A DNA stretch of 62,296 bases from a virus: UHGV virus genome UHGV-1379142; one strand, written 5' to 3'. Shown one piece after another: positions 17,035-28,090 of this stretch. The notes below the pieces were generated by a model. The model saw only the letters and a program-made list of their open reading frames with translations, had not been told where the DNA came from and made no database searches. Every line of letters begins with the position of its first letter. The stretch's first letter is position 1. The position numbers were made by a program, and so were the translations under genes.

Positions 17035-20000
17035 TTAATCCCGATAGTCAAGACCTGACTGATTAGCTACACGGTTAAGCTCTTTCATGAGGAACTCACG
17101 CTGCTTTTGCAACCGTTCCTTTTCCTCGTAGAACTTCTTACCAGTAGACTTGTTCTTCTTTTCATTCTCCTTCTCAAGCTTGCGTACATTATTAAGTCTA
17201 GAAGTAATAGAATCATATCTGCCCTTAAGAGCTTGAATGTTTCTATTCTTCAGTCTAATTTCTGTACGTTCTTCAGGCGACATCGTTTGATCTTTCTTCG
17301 CCAAGTCAAGCTCATTCAAACCAGTCTGAATCTTATTCCGTATCTTACTGAACTCATTAAGTGTATCTCCATAGCCAACCTTCCCAAAGAAAGAGTTAGC
17401 GATAGGAACATCCTTAAGTTCAACAGGAGCACCGGTCACAGGTGAGGTCAAGATGCCAAGGGCTTGAGTCACAACTCGACCAAGACCACCCATGTAAGAT
17501 TCAGTAAGGTGTTGAATAGTTTCAGGAGAAACGTCAATAAAACCAGACTCAACCTTAGAACCAAACGTCCAAGAGTTAAGTGTCTCTGCTACAGCACGAC
17601 ACCACATGGGGTTAGTACCCCAGTACTTTTGACTGTCTGGCACTTCACCCTTAAAGCTATGTGTGCTTTCTGGCATAAGCGCATAACCAAAACTATTCTT
17701 GTTAGCTGCTACTTCTCCAATAGGACGGAAGATAGTAGGTAAGAAGTTAAGCAGAGATGCACCGCCAGTAGGATTAAAGTTATCGAAAGATGCACCAAAG
17801 ATCTTAGACGCAGCGGAGGAAGGCTTAACACGTCCGTTGATAACACCTTCGATAGCATTACCAGCTACCCAGAATATGTTGTATCCATAAGGCAAAGGAA
17901 TCTTTACGTAACCACCATCTCCAAAAGGAGAAGGAATAATAAAGTTACTGTCCTTTACGTAGTCTGGAATTTTATCGTACTTATTAACACCGTCATCATC
18001 ATCACCCATGAGCCACCTACACAGCAATGCATGAGGAATACCACAAGCAATTGAGTATGCCATGAAGGCTGCAGTACGCTTAGCATTAGTAGCAAAGCTG
18101 TCACTACGACGCCACAAGTTCCGAAGAATACGGACGTTACCTCCAATGTTAGCAGAGGAGAATGCCCACAGACTATTAAACAACGGAGCCCAAGAACCCT
18201 TACGTGTAAAGTTCACAGTAATTTCAAGAGCTTCGTTAGCTGCACGTTGGTGTGCAGTTTCCATCATCATCTGTACCTGCTGAGGAGACCAGTTGTTACG
18301 TCGTGCTTCCTGAGCAATATGATTGTCAAACTCTTGTGTCAATGCTACAAACACAGAGAAGCGAGTAGCATTTTCAGATACGTCAGAGATAGAATCCAAA
18401 TACTTAAGAGCACTGTCAAGAGTCTTACGAAGATTACCCTTCTGCTTGGACAGTTCTCGTACATCTTTGTACATGGTCTTGTAGTCATTAGCAAGGAACA
18501 TACGAGTATGTCCACCAAAGTCTACAAAGTTCTTGTACATTTCCTTGAGATATGCAGCATCCTTACCTGTGTATTCCTTACCGTTCAATTCTGACCAGAG
18601 GAACTTAACCATACGGAAAGATGTAGCATCCTTGATAATACGAGCACGAATGTTGTTTTCCTTACCAAGCAAATTGTTTGCTTGTGCCTCAGATATAACA
18701 TTACCCACGTTAAGGATAGCAGTCTGAATATCTCTAGGATAGTTCTTAATAGCAAACACAGGGTTATATGTAGTCAACAAAGAAGAGAACTTCTGTGTAA
18801 TCTTACGAATAAAGTCGATGACTGCACCAGTCTCAACTGTATTCTCATTACGCAACGCAGCAGCAAGAGCAACATCTCGAATACCTATACGTTGCCTGTT
18901 GCCCTTCTCATCAACTACGTTGATAAACTTCAAGCCTTCACCAGACATGCTATGCTCTTTACGTTCATAGTAAAGAGTACCGTCTCCCTTCTCAGACATA
19001 CGGAAGTATGGTCTGCCCTTCTCATCTCTCGGAGTTGCGATCTCCCAAAGATCTGCATTCGGAGCTTCCCTTACGAGGTTAAGCAGTCTACGAGACACAT
19101 CATTCTTTTCGCCAATGTTTACAGTGTCCATTATCTGTAACAGCAGATGCGTCGTCGGAGATTCTGCAAGACCTTCCCGCCCCTTTGCCTTCTTCACAAA
19201 CTCCCGTCCACCAACAGAGATACCTGCCTTAGAACGCTTGTGTGCATAGTCAGGATCAAGATCGTCTACAAATTCTTCCCAGTTCTTCAAAGGCACATAG
19301 TGCTTGTATGTAGCACGAAGCTTGTCAGTAAGTGTCTTTGGAACAAGTCTGTACCTGTCAAGCATATCCAGATGGAATCTGCCAAGCTGGTCAAACTCAG
19401 CAGCAATCTCATTGATACCTTCAACATCTGAATACTTATCAATGATAGCTTGAGCTTGTTGATCTGTCAAACCAGAAGGAGACTCCAACTTATTCTTGCC
19501 ACGATAACGTCTGTTAATCTCAGCGTTACGTTCGATAGCATGACGAGCCATCATGAATTCGTCAAGCGCAGCCCAGATTGCATTAACCCTATCCTGTTCA
19601 GTAATCTTTCGTCCTGCTCTACGAAGTTCATCAAGAGTTTGTGTTACAGCAGGAATGTCCAGTTTACCGATACGTTCACACAGAGGAGCAATCCTTTGAT
19701 TCATAATGTCAGTACGAATACTGTTGATTCTATTAACCAGACCAGTCAAATGCCTGTAAATATTTGTAGCAGGCTTAATGATGTTCTGACCTATAGTATC
19801 TTTAATGAATCGCTGAACAACTTGTACTCGACGATACTTATCGTACAACCCTTCAACAGCACGTTCAAAGCCAGTGTGCGAAATGATCTTACCATCCATA
19901 CCTACAGACTTACCAGTATTCCTGACCTTAACCATACGGTCAGTCCAAGTCTGCTGATTCATCTGTTGCCTCTTCCATTGTTCAAGATACAAGGGAGGCA

Positions 20001-23000
20001 TATCAGTATAGGTAGTATCGTCATCAATCATGAAACGAACTTCAGGCTTACTGTAGTTAGGAGTAGAATGACTAATGTCATCGCCTTCAAACAAACAGTA
20101 ACTCTGATTGTTGTTATAAGCAAAGGTAGTTCCAGCTACACCAAGAGAACGTAGAGTCTTAGCCACAGACTTAGAGTCACCAGACTGAGACGCAAGATAT
20201 TCATAAACATCCTGCCCAGTAACTTGTGCAAGATAGTCCTTGTTCTTCATGAAGTTGTTGTAGTCTTCTCTATTCAAAAAGACACCAACTTCCTTACCCA
20301 TGAAGTTTACATGAATACCATCCTGCATAGCTGTAGCCTTAGGAGGCATACGTCTAAACAAACGAGTAAGGTGTTCAGACACATATCTTTGTTCAGACAA
20401 AGGACGTTCCCAATTAAGGAACTGTTCAAACGAAGGAGCGTAGTTTTTGTAGATCTGTCCAGGAAGACCAGACTGCTTATTGTTGAACCTACGATAATAA
20501 TCTGCAAGCTTTACAGGTGTAGAAAAATAAGTTCCCCAACCATAAGGTGCAGTGAAATCGTCAGGGCCAACAAGGTCTACACGTTCATACTGAGGTGCAA
20601 CATTATTCATGTCGTTAGACATAAACATAGCACGACCCCAGATAGTGTAGTTAGAAGAAACACCCTTAGGCTTCTTACTAGCAAGGTTCTGTGCAGAGGC
20701 TGCGAGCACATCCTTAATGTCTGCTTCAGTTACATAACCATCTACCCCAAACAACTTCTGATAAAGCTTACGAATAAACTTATACAGATCTCTAATGATG
20801 GGAAGACGTTCTAGCAACGAACGAGGAGACTCACGTTCTGCTAACCATGCAATAAACTCTTCTGTACGAACCAAGTCATTTGCATTCTCGTAGGCAGGAC
20901 GAGCACGTTCAAAGTCTCTCCACAACGGAGTACCATAAGCATCTCGATACACAGCAGCCATAAAGCCCGTAAACTGACGAGGCGTCATGATAGCACGAAG
21001 ACCGTAGTGGGCTACACCTTCATGCATCATAAGTCTGACAGCTTGTGCTTTTGACTTAACACGGTCAGCAAAGATATAGATCTTACCGTCGCAGTACATA
21101 GCTTGAGGAATAGACTTCTTGTTACGTGCCCTAAAGGACATGTTAACAAGAGCATCATGCACAGCTACAGGTACGTTACTATCTGTAACAGAAGAACAAA
21201 TAGACACAACATCTTTAAGACCAGGAAGCTGGTTAAGAATATTCTTAATCCAATCATACACTTGCTGTGTCTTTTCAGAAGCAAGCTCAAAGTCTACTTC
21301 TTGTTCTTGCTGAGTGTACTGTTCAAACGAACGTCTTTGTGTTTCTATGTTAGAACGAATCTGCTTAGATCTCTGTTCTTGCTTGTACATTCTCTGAAGC
21401 TGTTCTGCTTCAAGATCACGACGAGCCTGAGATGTTTGCTGCGGGATAGCTTGACGTTCAGGAAGATTACCATCAAGAGCATTATCCATACGTTGCTTAT
21501 CAGCAGCAACCTTGAGATCAGCTTGATATGCAGGAGATGATTCATACGCACGCTGCTGTTGTTCAGCAATCGTGTCACGCATGTACTGTTCAGCTGCACG
21601 CCGGTCAGCATCAATCTGATTGTTTAGCGCAGCAGCTTGGTCAAGTGTAACATTCTGCTGAAGAGCACCATACTGAGCAGTGAAAGAATCTGCTGCAGGA
21701 AGAGCAGCTTGCTGATTACTTGTACCCAACTGAGCAGCTTGCCAGTTGCCAAAGTCAGCAGCCAAGTTAAGATTTTCATTACCAGTCAACCGAGCTTCTT
21801 GCTTAAGAGCATGAACATTCTTAAGGATAGCATCAATACGATCTTGTACTTCTTTATCAGCAAGATCCTTAAGTTGCTTCCTCAAATCAAGTTCAAAAGG
21901 AACAGCAGGGTCTAGCTTGTCAGCCTTAGTAAAAACATTTTCTACTTCATTCTGAATAACACTAAGATCTTGTGTGCGCGCAGCACCACGAGCCATGTTA
22001 ATAGCAGACCTACGTGCATCCACACGAGCACGGCTAAGATTAGCCATGTCTTTATCAAGACGAGCAAGTTCAGAAGTTACCCATTCATACTGTCTGTCAT
22101 TCCAAGGAATAGCACCTTGGTTGAGAAGATCAAGAAAGACATTCAGTTCGCCCTTTCGCACGTGCATCTTAGACAGACGTTCATCCGCACGATTAAGCTT
22201 TCTTTGTACGTACTGATTTGCATCTTGAATACTGTTAAGAATCTCTGTATACTTAAGCGGATCTTTCTTAAAAAGAGCTTCTTGGTACAAACGATCATCA
22301 ACAATTTGTTCTGCAGTAAGATTAGAATCGTAACCAAGATTCTTAAAACGTTCAGTCACAGTTTCTCTGAAAGCCTTACGAGCTTTCTTGTCAGACTCAG
22401 ACAAGTCCTTTTCAAACTGTTCCTTTCTGTTCTTAATATCGGTACGTTCAGCTTCAGCAAGACGGGCAAGCTGAGCAACATACTTCTGCTGATCTTTTTC
22501 AAGACGCTTAATATATGCGTCCTTTGCTTCTTGTGTAGAAAGCAAAGCATATTCAGGAGAAGTACCAGCACGTGCAGTTTGCAGCTTAGCCTTTATAGAC
22601 CTAAGCTTATTCACAATCGGGTTACGTGCTTTAGAAAAAGATTCTTCAGATGCAGCTACTGCGTCTTGTGCTTCCTTACGAATAGCATCCCGCATCATGC
22701 TTTCACCCTTACTAATCTGAGTGAAAGGATCTATCTTAGTAAGTTCATCTTGATACGTAGCTTGCAAATCAAGAGGAGCTTGATCAGGATTAACGTAAGG
22801 AATGTCAGTTCTTGGTGCTCTCTTGAACAGGTCAGTCATTACGCTGGCACCACCAGAAGCAGCACCAACAAGAGCACCAGCAACAGCAGCCTCAAACATC
22901 TGGTCAAAGTCTTCAGGATTAAGCTTAGCTCTATCATCCTGAATCATACTGTTAACAGCACCAAGCCATTCCTGTGTGTACTCTTCTGCACCTTCACCAA

Positions 23001-24027
23001 TCATTGCCTTGGGCAAAGACTTAGCAGACTGAAAGAGCTTTTTCTTAAATGATTCTTCTACTGAGTCAGGAACCTTTACACCAGTAATCTTACGTAGCAG
23101 TTGGCTTTCACCACCAAGCAGAGTCACAGCAGACTGAAGTAGACCAGTACCAATATCCATACCCGGATTAGAAGTAAGCAGACCACCTTCAGCATAATTA
23201 CCAGAATAGTTCTCGCCAGTATTCAAAACAAATTCTGGTACCATTGCGCCTACTTGGGCACCAACAGTAGCTGTAATAGCTTGTGTTGCAGCTGCACGAG
23301 CTTCGTTCTCAGCAACACCAGCAGCAATAAGTTGAGCAGCTTTCTTGTCAATAGCTCCTGACAGAGCTCTTGCAAGAACTTGCTTCCCACCCGCAGCACT
23401 AGCACCACCAAGACCACCAACCAAAGACATAGCGATGTTCATGCTTTGTTCGCCAAGAAGACTAGCAAAGTAATCACCAAACTTCTGAATACTGTCTACG
23501 TCCTTATAGGATTCAACAGCAGCCTTAAGTTCAGGAGCTTGTGCTTCATCCATCTTTTGCTGAGCATAAAACATCAAGTCACCGGCAGTTTGTTCGTGAC
23601 CAGTAATGTCAGCAAGAGCAGCACCAGCACTAGCAGCTAGAGCTTGTGTCTGTGGGATAGAACGAAGAAAACCCTTTACAAATTCTCCACGTTCAGGAGT
23701 AGGTTCTTGAACTTCAAAGGGTTGAGAATAACCAGAGTAAGCTGGCATCTCTTCTTCAAAAGAAGTAAACTGAGGCACAGCAGCTGCTGCTCTTCGCATA
23801 CTACCACGTATGTTAGGACTACCAACAGAAACAGAAGCATTAAACGTTTGTCTGGGGTAGACAGCTTCATGTGCCAGAGCTTCTTGTAAAGGGCCTTGTT
23901 CGGTCAGGCCCGGAACCATCACAACACTATACGGTTGTACACCAGAATTAATAACAGGAGCAGCTTGAGCACGAGCATACGCATCTGCTGCAGAATTATC
24001 CGTATTCAAAACACCATCCAGTGCCAT
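17035..24027 (-). CDS. Giant virion-associated protein (2330 aa). N-terminal Gln/Ala-rich coiled-coil region, then a central zincin-like HExxH metallopeptidase motif (MMHEGVAH) and further globular domains; likely ejected internal-virion/polyvalent protein
   Basis: Single uninterrupted ORF. HEGVAH motif in a context like SprT/ArdC-type zincins. Sits next to other Q/A-rich internal-virion-like genes. No DxDGD or T7-RNAP motifs found. Confidence 0.55.
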   Translation of the reverse strand: MALDGVLNTDNSAADAYARAQAAPVINSGVQPYSVVMVPGLTEQGPLQEALAHEAVYPRQTFNASVSVGSPNIRGSMRRAAAAVPQFTSFEEEMPAYSGYSQPFEVQEPTPERGEFVKGFLRSIPQTQALAASAGAALADITGHEQTAGDLMFYAQQKMDEAQAPELKAAVESYKDVDSIQKFGDYFASLLGEQSMNIAMSLVGGLGGASAAGGKQVLARALSGAIDKKAAQLIAAGVAENEARAAATQAITATVGAQVGAMVPEFVLNTGENYSGNYAEGGLLTSNPGMDIGTGLLQSAVTLLGGESQLLRKITGVKVPDSVEESFKKKLFQSAKSLPKAMIGEGAEEYTQEWLGAVNSMIQDDRAKLNPEDFDQMFEAAVAGALVGAASGGASVMTDLFKRAPRTDIPYVNPDQAPLDLQATYQDELTKIDPFTQISKGESMMRDAIRKEAQDAVAASEESFSKARNPIVNKLRSIKAKLQTARAGTSPEYALLSTQEAKDAYIKRLEKDQQKYVAQLARLAEAERTDIKNRKEQFEKDLSESDKKARKAFRETVTERFKNLGYDSNLTAEQIVDDRLYQEALFKKDPLKYTEILNSIQDANQYVQRKLNRADERLSKMHVRKGELNVFLDLLNQGAIPWNDRQYEWVTSELARLDKDMANLSRARVDARRSAINMARGAARTQDLSVIQNEVENVFTKADKLDPAVPFELDLRKQLKDLADKEVQDRIDAILKNVHALKQEARLTGNENLNLAADFGNWQAAQLGTSNQQAALPAADSFTAQYGALQQNVTLDQAAALNNQIDADRRAAEQYMRDTIAEQQQRAYESSPAYQADLKVAADKQRMDNALDGNLPERQAIPQQTSQARRDLEAEQLQRMYKQEQRSKQIRSNIETQRRSFEQYTQQEQEVDFELASEKTQQVYDWIKNILNQLPGLKDVVSICSSVTDSNVPVAVHDALVNMSFRARNKKSIPQAMYCDGKIYIFADRVKSKAQAVRLMMHEGVAHYGLRAIMTPRQFTGFMAAVYRDAYGTPLWRDFERARPAYENANDLVRTEEFIAWLAERESPRSLLERLPIIRDLYKFIRKLYQKLFGVDGYVTEADIKDVLAASAQNLASKKPKGVSSNYTIWGRAMFMSNDMNNVAPQYERVDLVGPDDFTAPYGWGTYFSTPVKLADYYRRFNNKQSGLPGQIYKNYAPSFEQFLNWERPLSEQRYVSEHLTRLFRRMPPKATAMQDGIHVNFMGKEVGVFLNREDYNNFMKNKDYLAQVTGQDVYEYLASQSGDSKSVAKTLRSLGVAGTTFAYNNNQSYCLFEGDDISHSTPNYSKPEVRFMIDDDTTYTDMPPLYLEQWKRQQMNQQTWTDRMVKVRNTGKSVGMDGKIISHTGFERAVEGLYDKYRRVQVVQRFIKDTIGQNIIKPATNIYRHLTGLVNRINSIRTDIMNQRIAPLCERIGKLDIPAVTQTLDELRRAGRKITEQDRVNAIWAALDEFMMARHAIERNAEINRRYRGKNKLESPSGLTDQQAQAIIDKYSDVEGINEIAAEFDQLGRFHLDMLDRYRLVPKTLTDKLRATYKHYVPLKNWEEFVDDLDPDYAHKRSKAGISVGGREFVKKAKGREGLAESPTTHLLLQIMDTVNIGEKNDVSRRLLNLVREAPNADLWEIATPRDEKGRPYFRMSEKGDGTLYYERKEHSMSGEGLKFINVVDEKGNRQRIGIRDVALAAALRNENTVETGAVIDFIRKITQKFSSLLTTYNPVFAIKNYPRDIQTAILNVGNVISEAQANNLLGKENNIRARIIKDATSFRMVKFLWSELNGKEYTGKDAAYLKEMYKNFVDFGGHTRMFLANDYKTMYKDVRELSKQKGNLRKTLDSALKYLDSISDVSENATRFSVFVALTQEFDNHIAQEARRNNWSPQQVQMMMETAHQRAANEALEITVNFTRKGSWAPLFNSLWAFSSANIGGNVRILRNLWRRSDSFATNAKRTAAFMAYSIACGIPHALLCRWLMGDDDDGVNKYDKIPDYVKDSNFIIPSPFGDGGYVKIPLPYGYNIFWVAGNAIEGVINGRVKPSSAASKIFGASFDNFNPTGGASLLNFLPTIFRPIGEVAANKNSFGYALMPESTHSFKGEVPDSQKYWGTNPMWCRAVAETLNSWTFGSKVESGFIDVSPETIQHLTESYMGGLGRVVTQALGILTSPVTGAPVELKDVPIANSFFGKVGYGDTLNEFSKIRNKIQTGLNELDLAKKDQTMSPEERTEIRLKNRNIQALKGRYDSITSRLNNVRKLEKENEKKNKSTGKKFYEEKERLQKQREFLMKELNRVANQSGLDYRD

Positions 24028-24080
24028 AATAGAATACCTTTCTTTGGCCCATATTTCAATTCTGAGGGCCTTAAATTAAG

Positions 24081-25226
24081 TTATTGAATAAAACCATACC
24101 TGCGTGCATATTCAAGCCTTCTAGCCTGCGCAGTGGCTTGCTGAGCAGCAGCTTCAGCTTGTCTTTGTTCAACAGCTTGCTGTGCTGCCATAGCCTGCTG
24201 ACCACCATAGTTCATACCAAAGTTGTTCATGAAGGTAGGAGCAGGAGTAACTCCAGACATCTGCAAAGAAGGAATTGTAAAAGGCGTAGCCATCGTCTGG
24301 TCAAACAGCATAGCATTCTGTGCAGCAGTCGGAGAATTACCGTAGACAATCTCTTCGTTGTACGCATACGGCAACGTAACACGAGGACCATAACGACCCT
24401 GAAGAGAAGTCATTCCAGCATAAGCATTAAGAGCAGCAGTCTGCTGTTCAGGTGTCATCTCAGGCCAGATATAGTTACCGGTAGAAGAATCAATACTAGG
24501 AGCCTTGCCAGTAGCAGCAGTCACAGCCTGCGTCCACTTAACAAGATCCATGTTCTTCGTGTTCTCCATAGCACCAAGTCTAAGGCGAGTATCGGCGTCA
24601 AGATTAGCTTTGTACATGTCTGCATTAGCTTTTGCTTGAGCAGAACCAAGCGTAGCATTGGCACTCATAGAAGCAGAACCCAACTGGGCATTAGCTCCGA
24701 TGTTTGCAACATCAACAGCTTTCTTCCAGTCAAATCCCTTTTCTTCCCGCATCTTCGTCATTTCAAAGGCACGTTGCTGAGCAGTCTGTTGTGCAGCTAC
24801 AGACGTAGCGTACGTCTGGTCAATAGTATTACCGAGCTGCATCAGCTTAGCAATACCATCCATACCAGTAAGAGGCTTCTGACGAGCAACCTCTTTACCA
24901 TCCTTAGACACAATTACTACTTCACTTGTAGTGGGATCTACAGTAACCTTACCATCAAAGTCACGATAGATAGTATCACGCAGTACGTTAGCTGTACCAG
25001 TAGGATCACCTATCAGGATACGTTCACGGTTGTTAGCGATAGACTTCTTTGCACCACGAGCCTGTTCATTCACAGTACTCAAATAGTCAGCAGCAGCCTC
25101 AGCTTCTTTCAACTGTGCATCCCACAGCTTACGTCCAGCAAGATAGCGATCGTTGTCTTCTTTTTCTTTACGTTCGCTTTCCCACATCTGTCGCCCCGCA
25201 TGAAGGGCAAGTCCAATCGAAGGCAT
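24081..25226 (-). CDS. Gln/Ala-rich virion protein (internal virion/ejection-protein-like)
   Basis: Low-complexity Q/A-rich sequence; position. Confidence 0.45.
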   Translation of the reverse strand: MPSIGLALHAGRQMWESERKEKEDNDRYLAGRKLWDAQLKEAEAAADYLSTVNEQARGAKKSIANNRERILIGDPTGTANVLRDTIYRDFDGKVTVDPTTSEVVIVSKDGKEVARQKPLTGMDGIAKLMQLGNTIDQTYATSVAAQQTAQQRAFEMTKMREEKGFDWKKAVDVANIGANAQLGSASMSANATLGSAQAKANADMYKANLDADTRLRLGAMENTKNMDLVKWTQAVTAATGKAPSIDSSTGNYIWPEMTPEQQTAALNAYAGMTSLQGRYGPRVTLPYAYNEEIVYGNSPTAAQNAMLFDQTMATPFTIPSLQMSGVTPAPTFMNNFGMNYGGQQAMAAQQAVEQRQAEAAAQQATAQARRLEYARRYGFIQ

Positions 25227-26047
25227 TACACACTACCTCCAGTAAGATATTGCAAACCACGTGCAGCACCGTTCCAGCTGTTCTGCGCACTGGTGTTATA
25301 CATACCAGCAAGACTAGCAGCACTACCACCAGAACTGCTAAGGCCAGACAGAATAGACGAGCTGTTCACAGAAGGAGTAGCTTGATACGTCTGTAAAGAT
25401 GCACCCTTCTGGTAATTCAAAGCCTGAGACTGACGAGACAGAGCAAGGTCTTCTGCCTGTCTAGAAGCCTGCGTTCTAGCCATAGCTTCAGACAAAGCTT
25501 GCTGCGAACCCATACGATTCATGTAGTTCGCATAAGCACCAGAGCTAGCGTTTATACCAGCCATGCCCATAGAACGTGTGTCTTGTTCACGTTGCTGTGC
25601 ATAACCAGCAGCAATGTCAGCAGTAGCTTGTTGCATCAGACGGTCACGAAGAACGTCTTCACCTTCAGTCAACTTACGAATAACAGACTTTTCTGTTTCC
25701 CTATAAATAGGATCAAGTTCTCTTTGCTGTTGAATATCCGCAAGTCCTCTATCTACCGCATACTGAGCCTGTGCTTGACCAAGAGGTCTAAGCGTTTGAA
25801 GATCTTCCATAGCATACTGTATGTTCAAGTCTTCAAGAGGCCAGTACTTTTCCTTCTGTCTATCCCAAGCTTCCTGTGCATACTCGTCCTGTTTCTCAAT
25901 AGAACCAAAAGCAAGGTCTGCATATTTTGAGGCTTGGTTAGCAGATTGAATACCAGAGTAGATGTCGTATCCTGTGGCAGCAAGATTACCTACAGTACCG
26001 AGAGCACTCCAAGTATCGTCCCAAGTCCAGTTATCAAAAAGTCCCAT
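25226..26047 (-). CDS. Gln/Ala/Ser-rich virion protein (internal virion-like)
   Basis: ORF track; composition. Confidence 0.45.
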   Translation of the reverse strand: MGLFDNWTWDDTWSALGTVGNLAATGYDIYSGIQSANQASKYADLAFGSIEKQDEYAQEAWDRQKEKYWPLEDLNIQYAMEDLQTLRPLGQAQAQYAVDRGLADIQQQRELDPIYRETEKSVIRKLTEGEDVLRDRLMQQATADIAAGYAQQREQDTRSMGMAGINASSGAYANYMNRMGSQQALSEAMARTQASRQAEDLALSRQSQALNYQKGASLQTYQATPSVNSSSILSGLSSSGGSAASLAGMYNTSAQNSWNGAARGLQYLTGGSV

Positions 26048-26081
26048 ATGTTAAATTCCTTTTTGTAAGTGACTCCAGTAG

Positions 26082-27632
26082 TTACCAACCACCACTGTCA
26101 CCACCGTCATCGCCACCACTACTATCACCGCCATCGGAACCGTCAGAACCGTCAGAGCCGTCGCTACCGGAGTCACCTCCGTCACTGTCTCCGCCCATAC
26201 CGCTGTCACTTCCCATGCCACCGTCAGGGCCAGAGCCACCTCCGCTATCGCCTCCGCCTTCTCCACCATCGCCACCGTCGTTGCCGTTGTCACCGCCGTC
26301 GTTGCCTTCGCTGGCACCACCTTCACCAGTCGTACCGCTATCGGAAGAAGAGGCACCACCTGAGGTGTCACCGCCAGTAGCTGTACCACCAGCAGTATCA
26401 GACTCAGCAGCAGAAGTAGAAGCAGACGTGTCACTGGCTGTGCTTTCAGAAACACCACCCATGTTGGAAGGACCGCCTATGTTGCCATAACCACCAAAGC
26501 CCATATTGTTAGACGGACCGTGGGACATAGCACCACCACCAGTAGGACCACCAACATTTGTGCCAGCACCACCAGCGTCTGTACCGATACCTCCAAAACT
26601 ACCCGTAGAAGCAAAGCCACCGGTCGTACTACTAGGACCATCAAAACCACCAGTGTCTTGACCAAGATCACCGAGGCTAGCCATAGCTCCAGCATAAGCA
26701 GCTACAGCAGGACCAACCATGTCTCTACCCCACGAAGAAGTAGGGTTAGCAAAACCGATAGAGTTGGTAACAGCAGACATAGCGTTAGTCTTAGCCTGAT
26801 CACTCAAAGACTTAGAATCAGCAATAGCATCATTCATAGCTTGAGCCAAGCTAATATCATTTATAGTAGCCATATCCTGATTGTGTGCGGCTAGAGAACC
26901 AGCGTAAGCAGCACCAATCTGTCTACCAGTAATAGTACCGAAAGCATCTTCAAAAGAATCTCGTGTAGCTTCTTCGTCACGCATACCTAAAGCGTCTGCA
27001 ACAAGGCCACCAAGAGCAGGCCCAACAAGACCACCGAGGAGACCGCCAATAGGCCCAGCCAAAGAACCAAGTAAACCACCAAGCATAGCACCTGTAGTAG
27101 TACCTGTGGTCATACCCATAGCTGCGGCTGCTGCTTTACCAGCAGTAGCACCAAGAGCACCAGGTGTACCAGATAAGCCAAAACCAAGAGCAGCATTAGT
27201 AGGAGCACCAAAGCCCATAGCAAGACCAGCCTTAGCTGCAGCACTCAAACCCATGTCTGCTAGACCTTGAGTCATAGCATCCATAGCTGCTTTATCTGTG
27301 TACCCATGACCTTGGTTAGAAGATCCAGCACTGTTACCCTTACCGGAACTACTTCCACCAAAACCACCACCAAAGCCATCACGACCGTCGCCACTAGTAA
27401 ACTCTTTGCCTAGAGTTGTACTTTTGTTAGCACGTTCATTATCTTCAGCAGACTGTTGTCCAGAGTAACGGTTCTGGTTCTCTTCCCACTTTTGTCTCTT
27501 TGACTTACTACTCGAACTACTCTTTCGTGTAGATCCACCAGTAAGACCGTAACCACCAAAGAAACTACTGTACAGCGGAAGCATCGTAGTGTACGATGGG
27601 AAGTAATAACCATAACTATTCATTATGTCCAC
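26082..27632 (-). CDS. Gly/Ser/Asp-rich virion protein with (GDS)n low-complexity C-terminal tail
   Basis: C-terminal GGDSDGGDSGSDGSDGSDGSDGGDSSGGDDGGDSGGW. Confidence 0.45.
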   Translation of the reverse strand: MDIMNSYGYYFPSYTTMLPLYSSFFGGYGLTGGSTRKSSSSSKSKRQKWEENQNRYSGQQSAEDNERANKSTTLGKEFTSGDGRDGFGGGFGGSSSGKGNSAGSSNQGHGYTDKAAMDAMTQGLADMGLSAAAKAGLAMGFGAPTNAALGFGLSGTPGALGATAGKAAAAAMGMTTGTTTGAMLGGLLGSLAGPIGGLLGGLVGPALGGLVADALGMRDEEATRDSFEDAFGTITGRQIGAAYAGSLAAHNQDMATINDISLAQAMNDAIADSKSLSDQAKTNAMSAVTNSIGFANPTSSWGRDMVGPAVAAYAGAMASLGDLGQDTGGFDGPSSTTGGFASTGSFGGIGTDAGGAGTNVGGPTGGGAMSHGPSNNMGFGGYGNIGGPSNMGGVSESTASDTSASTSAAESDTAGGTATGGDTSGGASSSDSGTTGEGGASEGNDGGDNGNDGGDGGEGGGDSGGGSGPDGGMGSDSGMGGDSDGGDSGSDGSDGSDGSDGGDSSGGDDGGDSGGW

Positions 27633-28090
27633 CTCCCAAAAGCCAACACTAATAAGCTTTTTGTTTCTGTTAGTTGCGAACCTTGTAATGTAGACGTTTG
27701 GATATTAGCACGTCCCTTTTCTTTTTTCCACACACAAGTGTGTGGTATTTGTGAACCAGTACCTAAATTATCAATTGAAGAAACAACAACATATGCAGTG
27801 TCAATAAATTCTACAGGCCATGTAATTGTTTTACCTGATACATTAGGACTTAAGGATGTGCATAATCCTTGAATAAGTTTACCACCTGGAAATTTTACAT
27901 ACCAACCGTCTGTATCATTACCACCTGTAACAACGCCTTCATTATCTATACGAGACGACAAAGCGTTGACTTGTTCTTGCAAAGATTTTAAGGCAGAGTT
28001 AACAGAAACAAGGTATTCATAAGTAGACCAGTCATCAGTATAGGGAACATCTGAAAGTTGTACTTGTTTTACTGTTGAAGTTGTAGCCAT
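27623..28090 (-). CDS. hypothetical virion protein
   Basis: ORF track; coupled to neighbours. Confidence 0.4.
   Translation of the reverse strand: MATTSTVKQVQLSDVPYTDDWSTYEYLVSVNSALKSLQEQVNALSSRIDNEGVVTGGNDTDGWYVKFPGGKLIQGLCTSLSPNVSGKTITWPVEFIDTAYVVVSSIDNLGTGSQIPHTCVWKKEKGRANIQTSTLQGSQLTETKSLLVLAFGRWT

Noticed and set aside
17035-24027. Giant protein as N4-like or crAss-like virion RNA polymerase
   Set aside because: No DxDGD, T7-like motif A/C or other RNAP signatures seen. Promoters are host sigma70 type and the promoter consensus argues against a Bacteroidetes (crAss) host.
17107-25396. Long + strand ORFs across the late region (e.g. 19450..20154, 21970..23052, 24084..25385, 20224..20814)
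   Set aside because: Antisense shadow ORFs inside long - strand genes; proteins are low-complexity junk with no RBS context.
26051-26894. Overlapping alternative-frame ORFs in the GDS-repeat region (26051..26458 -, 26069..26380 +, 26215..26490 +, 26520..26894 +)
   Set aside because: Artefacts of the periodic low-complexity (GDS)n-coding DNA of the 516-aa gene.
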